Positions 8,767 through 19,331 of a stretch of 64,000 nt of DNA are shown here, in pieces. Each line of letters starts with the position of its first letter. Within the stretch, counting starts at the first letter, position 1. A program made the position numbers and the translations under genes. The DNA comes from an uncultured Verrucomicrobiae bacterium (GTDB taxonomy: Bacteria; Verrucomicrobiota; Verrucomicrobiia; Chthoniobacterales; UBA10450). The stretch lies in NCBI GenBank assembly GCA_963726745.1, contig CAVSDR010000003.1, positions 1 through 64,000 on the forward strand, in the 5' to 3' direction. Below the pieces are notes generated by a model that saw nothing but the letters and a program-made list of their open reading frames with translations, ran no database searches and was not told the origin of the DNA.

Positions 8767-10559
8767 ATGGCTCGCGCAGACGACTTGATGCTCACCGAGG
8801 CGGAACGGCACGACCGGCAGTCGCGCCGGCGTCGATTGGTGCTCTGGGTCACGATCGCCCTCGTGGCTGGCCTGGCGGCATTTTTCCTCGCGCGTCCGAC
8901 CCGCAACGCGATCAAGGGCTGGCAGGCCCGGCGGCACGCCGCGAAGGCCTTCGAGTTGATCGAGCAGGCGCAATGGAACGACGCCCGCGCCGAGGCCGTG
9001 GCCGCCTACCAACTGCGCGCGACCGAACCGGCAGCGCTCCGCGCAGTGGCGCGTTTCCTTTCGCGCACGCGCCAGGGGCAGGCCTTCGAGTTCTGGGATC
9101 AGCTCGCGAAAAAAGAGCCGCTCACCCGGCCGGACCTGCGCGACCTGGCGGCGCTCGCGCTCGTCTCCGGCGAGACCGGGCGCGCCACGGGCGCGGTGGA
9201 GAAGTTGCTGGCTAATGAGGGCGACGGCCGCGAGCCCGCAGGATTGGCTGCTCGCGGCGCAGCTCCGCCTCGGGCAAAGCGCGCCCGCCCCAGCGCTCGA
9301 GGCTTTGCAAAAAATCTTCGCCAACCCCGCCGCGACTGCGCGCGAACGCCTCCAGGCCACGCTCCTGCAATTGCAGGCGGCCCGCAGCGGCAGCGGCAAT
9401 CGACGCCAGCGAGCGACGAGGAAGCCTGGAAACGCCTCGGCGAGCTCGCGGCCGCGGACGACGCCGTCGGCCTCGATGCGCTCGTGCTCCTCGCGCAGCG
9501 GGAGCTTTCCTCCAAGGAAGCGAGGAGTGGCGACGAGAAATTAGCCAGCCGCTTGGAGGCCCATCCGCTGGCCAAGGCGCCGCAAAAACTGCTCGCGGTC
9601 GACCTGCAAATCCACGCGCAGCCGGAGCAGCGCGAGGCCTTGATCGAGCACGCGATCGCCACCTGGCGCGAGGCCGACGCCGCCGATCTCGCGGTTCTCG
9701 CCACCTGGCTCAACGGCAAAGGCGAATACGAACGCGAGCTCGCGACCGTGCCGCTCGAGCGCGCGGTGCAATCGCGCGAGCTTTTCCTCCAGCGGATGGA
9801 CGCGCTCGGCGCGCTCGGACGTTGGGAGGACATCAGCCACCTGCTCGAGAGCGAACGCTACCCGCTCGATCCCGTGATCCAGCGGATGTATCTCGCGCGG
9901 ACCAACGCCCAGCTCGGCCAGCCGGCCGCGGCGGAGAATAATTGGCAGCGCGCCCTCGAAGCCGCCGCGGGCGATCCCGGGAAGCTCATGAGCCTGGCCG
10001 AATACGCCGAGAAAAACGGCGCCGCCGCGATTGCCGACGCCGCCTACACCCAGGCGATCACCGCCGCGCCTGCCCTGCGCCAGGCCTGGCAGGGCAAGCT
10101 CCGCCTCACCTACGCCGCCGCGACACCCGCCGCATCCACGAAGTCCTCGCCGGCATGCTCGGGCTCTGGCCGCGCGACCCCGCGATCCAAAACGACGAGG
10201 CGTATATGCGGCTCTTGCTGCTCGACCCCGCCAGCGGCGGAGCGCGGATTTAGCCAGCAAGCTGGCCGAGATCGAAAAACAAGCCGCCGATCTCGTCGAG
10301 CGACACCCCACCAGCCTCCCCCACCGCACCCTCCTCGCCCTCGCCCGCCTGAAACAAGGCCGCCCCGCCGAGGCCCTCCAGGTCTACGACGGCCTCCAAG
10401 TCGCCGCCAACGCCCTCACCCCTTCCGCCCTCGCCGTCCACGCCGCCATCCTCGCCGCGAACGGCAAACAGGAGCCTCGCCGCGGAAGAAGCCGCCGCCG
10501 CCCCCGCCGACCGCCTCCTCCCCGAGGAGGAAAATTTAGTCAGCGCCTTGCGCGAATGA
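8767..10559 (+). CDS. Membrane-anchored TPR-like alpha-solenoid protein (several frameshifts)
   Basis: N-terminal RRRR plus TM segment; Ala/Leu-rich helical repeats; ends LLPEEENLVSALRE*. Confidence 0.75.
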
Positions 10560-10560
10560 G

Positions 10561-10608
10561 CCGGAGCGCGGCCGTCCCGGCTGCGCGGCCTGCAGGCGTC
10601 TCGCCTGC
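10561..10608 (+). repeat. 48-bp REP-like element, copy 1
   Basis: Matches the reverse complement of 16026-16073 with 5 mismatches; contains the GCAGGCG...CGCCTGC palindrome. Confidence 0.75.
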
Positions 10609-10624
10609 AGCCAAAGAACCATCG

Positions 10625-10720
10625 ATCCACAGATTTCACCGATTCTCACAGATTAAAAATCCCACCCCGCCATCTGATCCAATTTCCCAAAAATCTGCGT
10701 AAATCTGCGTAATCTGCGGA
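10625..10720. repeat. Inverted 9-10 bp array (CAGATT ... AATCTG); related copies at 13608-13637, 15913-15945, 17358-17377
   Basis: ccacagatttcaccgattctcacagatt ... aaatctgcgtaaatctgcgtaatctgcgg. Confidence 0.7.
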
Positions 10721-11006
10721 CACTTCCCGCAGCCCGCTCCAGCGCCTGGGCCCACTCCGCCTCATCCAAATTGAAGATCTGATCGCCGAGCGTCTCTTGG
10801 TGGCCACGCAACCCCGCTTTGACCCAGAGCGTTGGCAGATCGCCAAAATCTTGCTCGCGGCCGGGTGGAAAGGCTTGGTCACCCTCGATCGCGAAGAATT
10901 AAGGCGCGTCGCCGGGTCCTCCGATTACCGCGTTGGCCCAGAACTCGAGCGCATGATCCTGGAAATCGAAGCCAGCACCTCGAGCGGCAACGATTCGCGA
11001 CCATGA
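10713..11006 (+). pseudogene. 5'-truncated remnant resembling a nucleotidyltransferase C-terminal half
   Basis: Open frame ...LRLIQIEDLIAERLLVATQPRFDPERWQIAKILLAAG...; cut upstream by an in-frame TAA inside the repeat array; family call is from memory only. Confidence 0.35.
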
Positions 11007-11224
11007 ACCCGACCGAGCCCAATCCCGTCATGCCCTCCTTGCCCAGGATCGCCACCTGGGAGGACTGGGAAGCCGGCCGCGCGGCCCGCCGGGCGCTCAG
11101 TAGCACCCTCACCGCCGGCCAACCACTCCGCCGCGCCGCCGGAAATCCACGCAAAGACCGGCTCCTGCGTCTGCTAAACCAAGGCCAGCGCGGCCTCCCG
11201 TGGGCAGACACACCGCTTGCGTAG
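11003..11224 (+). CDS. Small hypothetical protein coupled to the remnant
   Basis: ATGA overlap; MNPTEPNPVMPSLPRIATWEDWEAGRAARR... Confidence 0.45.
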   Translation: MNPTEPNPVMPSLPRIATWEDWEAGRAARRALSSTLTAGQPLRRAAGNPRKDRLLRLLNQGQRGLPWADTPLA

Positions 11225-11239
11225 TTGCCCCGGAGTCGG

Positions 11240-12792
11240 CAAAGTCCAGCCGCTCACGCGCGCGGATTGGCGTGATCAGGCGGCGCTGGCGCTGGCGCTC
11301 AATGAACCTTCACACGCCGAGAGTGCGATCACGAAACTGCTGACCGCGACCACGCCCGCGCCTGGACCGACCGACTGGCTTCTCGCTGCGCAAGCCGCCG
11401 CCCAGAAAGGCGCCGGCGCGGAGATCGGTCCCTTTCTCGACAAAATTCTGGGCAACACAAGCGCGACCGAGCGCCAGCAACTTCAGGCGGCGTTGCTGCG
11501 AGTGACCCTCCTGGGCGATGACGCCTCCGAGACCGCGAACCGCGATCGCAGCGCAGCGTGGGGACGAATTGTCCAGCTTTCCAAAGGCGACTCCGCCGTC
11601 TCGCTGGATGCCCTCCTTGTTCTCGCGCAGCGGGAACTCCGCTTTTCGGGCAAGGGAAACGCCCCGACATCCAGCGAGCCCCCGGCAGAGACCAATCCCG
11701 CCACGAGATGGGCCCGCATCCCGCAGCAGACCCTGCCACCGTTTCGCCGCCCGGACTGCCTTCCTCAGCGGAGCTTGTGGCTGCGCTGCAGCGGCATCCG
11801 CTGGCCCAAGCACTGCAGAAACTGCTCGCGGTTGACTTGCTCATCCACTCTGACCCTTCGCAGAAGCAAACCTTGATCGAACGGGCCGTGGCCGATTGGA
11901 AAGATGCCGACGCGCCTGCCCTCACCGCGCTCGCCACCTGGCTGAATGGCAAAGGAGAACACGAACGCGAACTTGAAACGATCCCGCTCGAGCGTGCAGT
12001 GCAGACACGCGAGCTTTTCCTCCAGCGGATGGACGCCCTCGGCGCGCTCGGGCAGTGGGATGAAATTCGCCGTCTCCTCGAGAACGAGCACTATCCCCTC
12101 GACCCCGTCGTTCAGGCGATGTATCTGGCGCGCACAAACGCGCAACTCGGCAACATCGCCGCCGCGGAAAACAACTGGCAGCGCGCGCTGGAAGCAGCCG
12201 GCGCCGAAGTCGGCAAGCTAATGGCGTTGGGCGACTATTCCGAGCTCAACGGCGCCCTCCCCGTTGCCCAGCGTGCCTACGAAAGAGCGGTCATGGAAGT
12301 TCCACACATGAAGCCCGCCTTAAAGGGACTGCTTCGAGTCGTCTATCGCTCGCGTGACACCGCGAGGATCGAGCAGATTCTTGCGCGGATGCTGGAAATT
12401 TCGCCCGAGGACGCCGCTACGTTGAATGACCACACATACATCCACCTCCTGCTCCTGCCCGCCGATGCCCCAACGCGCGCGGCGGAGGGCATGGCCGCAG
12501 CCGCGAAGGCGCAGGAGTTGATCCACGAGAACCGAACAGTCTCCCGCACCGCACTCTTCTTGCGCTTGCCTATTTGTATCAACAGCGACCAGACGATGCC
12601 ATGGGCGTCTACGCGGACCTCCGGGTCAGCTCCAATGCGCTCACCCCTTCGGCCCAGGCGGTTCATGCAGCGACCCTCGCCCTCGCGGGTCACTTACCCG
12701 AGGCGCAGCAAGCAGCCGCGAAAATTTCCCGCGATAATCTCCTGCCAGAGGAACAACGTTTGCTGGATACTGCCTTAACCCCAGCACTGTGA
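11240..12792 (+). pseudogene. Second TPR-like paralogue lacking its N-terminal anchor (frameshifted)
   Basis: Starts at KVQPLTRADWRDQAALAL, aligning with KKEPLTRPDLRDLAALAL of 8767-10559; shares LATWLNGKGE, RELFLQRMDALGALG, LLPEE. Confidence 0.7.
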
Positions 12793-12858
12793 ACGGTTCA
12801 ATAAATGCGCAGCCCGTTGGAGCAGCTTTCCCTCGACATACGGACTAATTTCTTCATA

Positions 12859-13525
12859 ATGACCACGCACCTGATGAATCCCCTCTTCGCATCACTGCTC
12901 CGACGCGCAATCCTCCATGGCATTTGCGTTCTTAGCGCTCTTCTGACCGTGCCCGCGGCGCACGCAGGCTCAGGGAATCTTTAAGGATTACGTGATCATT
13001 TCGGGAAGCGGCGCGACCTATTCGGGCACCCAGCAATATTTCAATATTATGGGAGGTGTCGGGACGAATTTTCAAGGCTTCAACTTTGGGACGTTCAACC
13101 CCTCGGCCGGCCAAACACTCGTGCTAAATGGATTCGAGGTGAACACGTTCCAGAATAGCGGGGATGACATCCAGTCCGCGTTTGGAGATTACCGGATTCG
13201 GGAGAAGGGCACCACTTTCACGGAGACTTCACTCGGCTTCCGCAACGTTACCAACGGCGACAAAAAATGGGACGTCACGAACTTGAACGTGAACCTTCTC
13301 GCCGGACTCTCTAATGGCACTTATACTTTCGACATCTACACCCGGGCGCACGGGGTAAATAACGGGTTTAGCTTCGACCTCTACGACAATAACGGTGGCG
13401 CAAATTACACCGCAACCTTTACGGTCGTTCCCGAGCCTAGCACCTGGGCGGCGGGCATTCTCGCTTTCTCCGCGCTTGGGTTCGCCCAGCGGCGCCGTTT
13501 CGCCCGGCTCCTCCAGCCCGCCTAA
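12859..13525 (+). CDS. PEP-CTERM protein (frameshift near 12975)
   Basis: Signal peptide ...LSALLTVPAAHA; C-terminus VPEPSTWAAGILAFSALGFAQRRR. Confidence 0.85.
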
Positions 13526-14035
13526 ATCGGGCGCAGTTCCCGTCTGCACAGGCCGTCTTGCGGATCCTAATCCCTGCCAGCGGCTCCACAGCACGAGCTC
13601 TCCCGGATAATCTGCACTCATCCGCGTAGATCTGCGGGCCACCTCGTTCAGCTGCCTTGCGGGGGCCGCCGAATCGCAATCCGCTCGAAAATGCCTTGGC
13701 CGGGATGCACCCCCCCGGCCTACCACGGGGCAGGTCGCGCCTTGGAATTGTTACAACGGCCACAAAAAAAGTCTTGCTCCGGCGCTCGGATCAGCCGCAT
13801 TCTCGCCGCCGTGGTTCCCCTCCCGGCAGTTCGTCCCCAGCCTTCATGCGGCCAGATGTGTCCGAAGACCCGCAAAAAGTCGACCCTTGGCAGACGCGGA
13901 CGCCGTGCGCTGGGTCCCAGTCGGAACTCCTCCTCCACCCCCTTTCTACTTTAGCCTTTCTTCTTTCTCCTTTTACCGCCCCCTCAGCCTTTCAGAATTT
14001 CAGCTTTTCAGCATTTTCCCCAAACTTCCCCTTCT

Positions 14036-15798
14036 ATGAACCATATTCCCTCCCCCTGCCGCGCCCTGCGCAAGATTCACAGACTGACCCCATCTCTCCC
14101 ATCTCTCTTCAGTGCTTTCAGCTGCGTCTTTCGCATTGGTACGCCAACGCGCAACCGACTTACACTTCAGCACAAATAATGTCTCAGACTGGCCGACTCG
14201 GCACAACTTGGATCCCTGTGGCGTGGCGATTACCAGTTTCCCCGGATTGTTAGCCCATATCTCGGGTAACTGGAGACTCCCACTTTCGGTCCATAGCCCA
14301 ACGTCTACGGCATCAACTTTGGGAACGGCACTAACAAACTGGGACGGCGATCAAGGACAATCAGACAGTTCGCTCTCGTTGGCGCGATCGAAATCTACCG
14401 ACACTCTGAACAACGAACGCTCCTCATCGGGCGATAGTTCAGCGTCACATCGACGCTACCATTGAACGGAGCGACGGTGAACAGCGGTTGCCAACGTCGT
14501 CCTGCGCAACAACGACGACAACTCCTTACCTTGGCAGGCTTTAACGGAGGTTCCGGAAGCAAGCCCATGGATAGTGGCCCTTGGAAACGCCACCAACAAT
14601 ATAATCAACATCGATAGCAGCGGCGGCATCACTATAAGTAGCAACATCAAGAATGCAACGGGCGTCACTGCAAAGCTGACCTTAGCAGGGGCCGGGACGG
14701 GCGTACTGACTCTGTCTGGCACGAATACTTACACTGGTGCCACGACTATTAAGCTCGGGCGGAACTTTGGTCGCTGCGTCCGCGAACGCACTTCCTACAG
14801 GCGGGAGCTTTGTAGACGTTTTGAATGGTGGCACATTAGGATTTTCGGGAGGAATCACTGATGCAGGCACGGCTGCAAACAACATCTATCTTGCAGGCGC
14901 CGGCGTCACGAACAAGGCGACACTGTTCAATGTCAGTGGCAACAACTCCACTGCGCGGACTATCAACCTCGACGCTACAAGCGGCGCAGTAAGTATCGGA
15001 GCTGCGACGGCAACTACCCTCAGCGTCACGGGCGTCGTGCAAGACTTTAGTGGGACCGCGCAGCTAAACATCACTGGAGCAGGCACAGTGAAATTTAGCG
15101 GAAGTAACACCTATGCCGGTGCGACGGTCATCTCCGGCACCCTTAACGCCGCCGCAAATGGTGCTCTGGGGAGTGGGACGACGGGAACTGCCAGCGTGAC
15201 GGTCAACACTGGCGGGACGTTGCTCCTGAGCGGGGGTGCGACGACCGATCGCATCAAGAATACCGCGGGTGTGACGCTTAATGGCGGTGCCATATTCAAC
15301 ACCGGCGGTCTTAGCGAAGGAACGCGCCCGACTAACTCAAGTTCCACCGATGGAGTAGCAGGAATGGGTGCCCTCACTCTCCAGACGACGACGTCGGGTT
15401 CCCACGCGACGATTGATTTTTTGACAGGCGCGAATGGAAGCTCGCTCGTATTCAGTAGCCTAGCCGGTGGAAGTGGCGCCTTCGTGGATGTTAAAAATTG
15501 GAGCGGGCTTGCTAACTTCGACAACAGCGCCACAGGAAACGACCGTCTACTCTTTGCAACGGACCCTACCCTGACCACGGCTGACCTCGCCAACTGGCAG
15601 TTCTTCAACGACAGCAACACGGCATTTGCGACCGGCGGAATGATCATCCCCTACGGCAACATGTTTGAACTCGTCCCCGTCCCCGAGCCAAGCACCTGGG
15701 CGGCGGGCATCCTGGCGGTGCTGGCGGTGGGTTGGACGCAGCGGAAAAGACTGCTAAAGGCAAAAGCTGAACACAGCAGCAGGGATGCCGCTGGGTAG
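14036..15798 (+). CDS. PEP-CTERM protein with autotransporter-associated beta-strand repeats (5' part heavily frameshifted)
   Basis: GAGTGVLTLSGTNTYTGATTI and GAGTVKFSGSNTYAGATVI repeats; VPVPEPSTWAAGILAVLAVGWTQRKR. Confidence 0.85.
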
Positions 15799-16025
15799 AC
15801 GGTCGAGCCCGCAAGGTAGCGGGTGCGTAGCGGGGAAGCGGAGTATCAAAAGCTGACAGCCTGAAACGCTGAGATTCGGATCGCGGATTGCGGAACCGAG
15901 GCGGGCAGAGATGATCCACAGATTGCGCAGATTCGCGCAGATTTTTCTGGGGTTCTAAATGATCCATCCCTTTTCCTGCCTTCCTCCTTTCCTGATTCAA
16001 TCTTTCTGGCTTCCCGTTTTCCTCG

Positions 16026-16073
16026 GCAGGCGAGACGCCCGCCAGCCGCACAGCCGGGACGGCCGTGCTCCGG
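16026..16073 (-). repeat. 48-bp REP-like element, copy 2
   Basis: Reverse complement of 10561-10608. Confidence 0.75.
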
Positions 16074-16151
16074 CTTCTCCTGATCTCGCGTTGTGGAACT
16101 GGAGGAGCGGTTTCCTGAAGATTCTTCCTCCTTTCGTGCTTTCCTTGATGC

Positions 16152-16965
16152 ATGACTGCTAGCTGGACTCGCCGCGAAATGCTTCGGCTGGTTGGGGCTG
16201 GGCTTCTCGGGCTGGCGCTGGCGCCCCGGCGCCTGCTGGCGACGGCGGAAGCGGCGGGTGACTTCACTTTCATCGCGGTGAACGATCTGCATTTTCGAGA
16301 AGAAGCTTGCCGGCCTTGGTTCGAGGAGGTGGTGCGGCAGATGAAGGCGAGTGCGCCGGGGGCGGCGTTTTGTTTGCTGGGTGGGGATTTGGCGGACCTC
16401 GGGACGGAGAGCGAGCTTCGGGGCGTGCGCGAGGTTTTTGCGGCGGCTGGGGATGCCGGTGCATGCGGTCATCGGGAATCACGATTATCTCCCGGGGAGC
16501 TTCGATCGCTCGGCTTATCTGCGGGTTTTTCCGAAGCAGTTAAACTACCGCTTCACGCATCGCGGCTGGCAGATCCTCGGGCTGGATACGAGCGAAGGGA
16601 CGCTCTCGCAAGGCACGACGATCTCCGCGGCGACCCTGGCGTGGCTGGATGAGAATCTGCCGAAGATTCCGCGGGGCGCGCCGGTGATCGTGCTGACGCA
16701 TTTCCCGCTGGGCGAAGGCGTCTTTGGCCGGCCGGTCAATGCGGAGGCCGTCCTGCAGCGACTGGCGCAGGTGAACTTGCAGGCTGTTTTTAGCGGGCAC
16801 TTTCATGGCTACACCGAGCGCGCGCTCGGGCCGGCGGTGCTGACGACCGATAAGTGCTGCTCGCGCGTGCGCGGGAACCACGACATGACGCCAGAGAAGG
16901 GCTGGTTCGTGGGTCGCGCCGCCGGCGGGAAAATTAGCCGGCAATTTGTCCAGCTCCGGACCTAG
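16152..16965 (+). CDS. Tat-exported calcineurin-like metallophosphoesterase (frameshift near 16445)
   Basis: TRREMLRL Tat signal; DLH, GGDL, GNHD, THFP, SGHFH motifs. Confidence 0.88.
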
Positions 16966-17526
16966 GCGGCCGGCGCGCCGCTACCTTTGCCAGCCTTCTT
17001 CGCCGCGGAAGGGACAGTCGGAACGGGGTCAGAGCTTACTATCGTCTAGTTGATACTCTTTCTTTACGTCAGATCAAACCAGCGCTTTAGGTCGGTGGCC
17101 CCCACCGTCAGCAGCCGCGCCACCCACTGCGGGCCGGGCGCGCGGGGACTTAACCGCGAATAAACGAGGAGCTTCTCCGCAGGCATGCGCCGGCTCTGGA
17201 ACATTTCACTACCGATCCATCCAGCTCGCTCCTGATCTTGCCCTAAGTAGGTAACGAATCGGGGTCTCCACGGGTCAGACGCAGCGGCCATCTCACTTGA
17301 GTTGCGAACCGGGCCCCTTTTCGCCAAAAAAGAAGTCGAGGTGGCGCGAGAGGCTAGCCACAGATGAACCCAGATTTTGAAAGCCCGGCCGCTGCTCCTT
17401 CACCCGCATTACGGCGGAGTAGCTGCGCTGTCGAGACGGCACGGAGGTCGTCCCTCCATTAACTCATAACCACTAACGGATCACTCGGCGCGCGCGCCGC
17501 ACCGCTTCCTTCGATCGAAAATTGGA

Positions 17527-17554
17527 TTGAAGCCCATTCCCCCTCCCGTAAAGT
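17527..17554 (+). promoter_or_regulatory. Sigma70-type promoter candidate
   Basis: TTGAAG-N16-TAAAGT, 7 nt before GTG at 17562. Confidence 0.5.
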
Positions 17555-17561
17555 TTAGCTC

Positions 17562-17732
17562 GTGGAAAGAGTGGTAAAAAAGAGTCGCAATTTCCGGCAG
17601 GCCGACCTTTGGGACATTCGGCAGAACCTGGCGCTCACGCCCGAGCAGCGCATTCAGATCGCGCATGCTCTGCGCAAACGCGCCTACCCGCCCACGGCCA
17701 AAGACGTTCGCGCATGCCATCGCGCACGATAA
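17562..17732 (+). CDS. Small partner protein (56 aa, not in the ORF track), putative antitoxin
   Basis: Manual translation MERVVKKSRNFRQADLWDIRQNLALTPEQRIQIAHALRKRAYPPTAKDVRACHRAR*; overlaps the NTase start. Confidence 0.7.
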   Translation: MERVVKKSRNFRQADLWDIRQNLALTPEQRIQIAHALRKRAYPPTAKDVRACHRAR

Positions 17733-18235
17733 ACGGCGCCGGCTTTTCGCCCGACATCCTCGCCTTCCTGCGCCTCCTCGCCCAGCATCGCGTCCGCTAT
17801 CTTATTGTCGGCGGCGAAGCCGTCATCTTCCACGGCTATCCCCGCGTCACCGGAGATGTGGACTTCTTTTACGAAAACACGGCCGCAAACGCCCGCCGGC
17901 TCTTCCAGGCCCTGCTCGAATTTTGGGATGGTCGCATCCCGGGGCTGCGCTCTTACGAGGAACTGCGTCAGCCCGGCCTCATCCTCCAGTTTGGCCGGCC
18001 ACCCCACCGCATCGACCTCATGAACCAAATCGACGGGGTCAAATTTCGCGCGGCCTGGCCTTCCCGCATCCTCGTCCGACTGGCCACTGCTGCTGATCTC
18101 GTTTCCGTGCGCTACATCGATCTCCCGACGCTGCTAAAAAACAAACGTGCTACCGGTCGCCCGAAAGATCTCGAAGACGCGCGCCGCTTGGAAACAAGCC
18201 CGCGAGCGCGGCGGAGCAAACCATCCCAAACCTAG
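17714..18235 (+). CDS. Nucleotidyltransferase (DUF6036-like), putative toxin
   Basis: YLIVGGEAVIFHGYPRVTGDVDFF; NKRATGRPKDLED. Confidence 0.85.
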   Translation: MPSRTINGAGFSPDILAFLRLLAQHRVRYLIVGGEAVIFHGYPRVTGDVDFFYENTAANARRLFQALLEFWDGRIPGLRSYEELRQPGLILQFGRPPHRIDLMNQIDGVKFRAAWPSRILVRLATAADLVSVRYIDLPTLLKNKRATGRPKDLEDARRLETSPRARRSKPSQT

Positions 18236-18391
18236 GATGCTGTCATGCACTTTGGGGAATGAACCGCGGAGCTGACAAAACCCCGGAGGGGTCACAAGAA
18301 CGAGGGAATGGGGTCGGAGCTTTATATCGTCGTTAAAGGGCCGAGCGGGGTCAGAGCACGGAACGAATCGCTCTCAGGGACTGAGAATCTC

Positions 18392-19054
18392 TCAGCGTTG
18401 CCAGCCTTCTTCGCTGCCGAAAAGGGAAGTGCGGGCGACGAAAAGGATGAGAAGGAAGCCCAACAGGAGGGTGCTCAGCACGATGGCAATGGGCCAGGTG
18501 CCGCCGAGAAGCAGGAGGCGGGAGAGATGGCGGGTGCGGTCGGTTAAGGCGGAGCTTTGACGGAGGCTTTCGGCTTCCAATTTGTCGGATAAATCGGTCG
18601 CGGCGGCAAGGTAGCGCAGGAAAACCGGGCGGACTTGTTCCTGACGGCGACGAGCGGCTTCTTCGGGTGCGAGGTTGGGCAAGGCCTCAAGATAGGAGAA
18701 GGCGGCGCTGGAAAAATCGTCGCCCGCACGGGCAAAATCTTCCCGGGGAGCAGCCGACATCGTCAACGAGAGCAAATTCTGCCGCAGGGCTTGCTCGCGC
18801 GTGAGGACCTGGCGCGCCTCGGCGAGCAGGCGATCGCGGGTCGACGGCTCGACGAGCAGGAGCGGGTTGGTTTGCTGGTAAGCCTGGGCCGCGGTGGCGG
18901 TGAGGGTTTGCAGCTGGCTTTGCACCGGGACGGAGCCCGCGAGCAGGCGCGAGTATTTCGTGTCCTGCGCTTCCAAGGCGCGATAGCTCAACCACCCGAG
19001 CGCCACGTTGGACGCGAGCAGGAGAAGGACGAGCAGTTTAAGACGGGACGGCAT
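18392..19054 (-). CDS. Two-TM protein with a periplasmic four-helix-bundle sensor-like domain and no cytoplasmic output domain
   Basis: MPSRLKLLVLLLLASNVALG...YSRLLAGSVP...; second TM followed by a short tail. Confidence 0.65.
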   Translation of the reverse strand: MPSRLKLLVLLLLASNVALGWLSYRALEAQDTKYSRLLAGSVPVQSQLQTLTATAAQAYQQTNPLLLVEPSTRDRLLAEARQVLTREQALRQNLLSLTMSAAPREDFARAGDDFSSAAFSYLEALPNLAPEEAARRRQEQVRPVFLRYLAAATDLSDKLEAESLRQSSALTDRTRHLSRLLLLGGTWPIAIVLSTLLLGFLLILFVARTSLFGSEEGWQR

Positions 19055-19331
19055 GGAAGGGAGGACCAACGGCCCGCCTCTCCATAGCAGGGCGCTCGCC
19101 ACTCGTAGAGGCAAATCCAGCGGGCTTCCCGCGAAAACGAAGCCGGATTTCTCCATTTGAAAACGCGCCATCGGAAAGAGCCAGCACCCCCAAAGCGGAC
19201 CCGGCTGAAGATTGCGCCAGAGCCCGAAGCGCTTACGACGAGGGTGGGATCTTTTGCTGATGCACGAGACCTCGCTGGAGCGTTGACATTGCCCCGCGGT
19301 TTCGGTCGCATAGGCGCACAAAAAAAACGCC

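Larger units (their letters stand above)
16987..18414. repeat. 17-bp direct repeat TTGCCAGCCTTCTTCGC (16987-17003 and 18398-18414) bracketing a 1.4-kb insert
   Basis: Exact repeat; both copies read EEGWQR-stop on the minus strand. Confidence 0.75.

Noticed and set aside
17064..17327. 87-aa minus-strand ORF as a transposase remnant
   Set aside because: No HUH or DDE motif is recognisable, so I cannot support a call.
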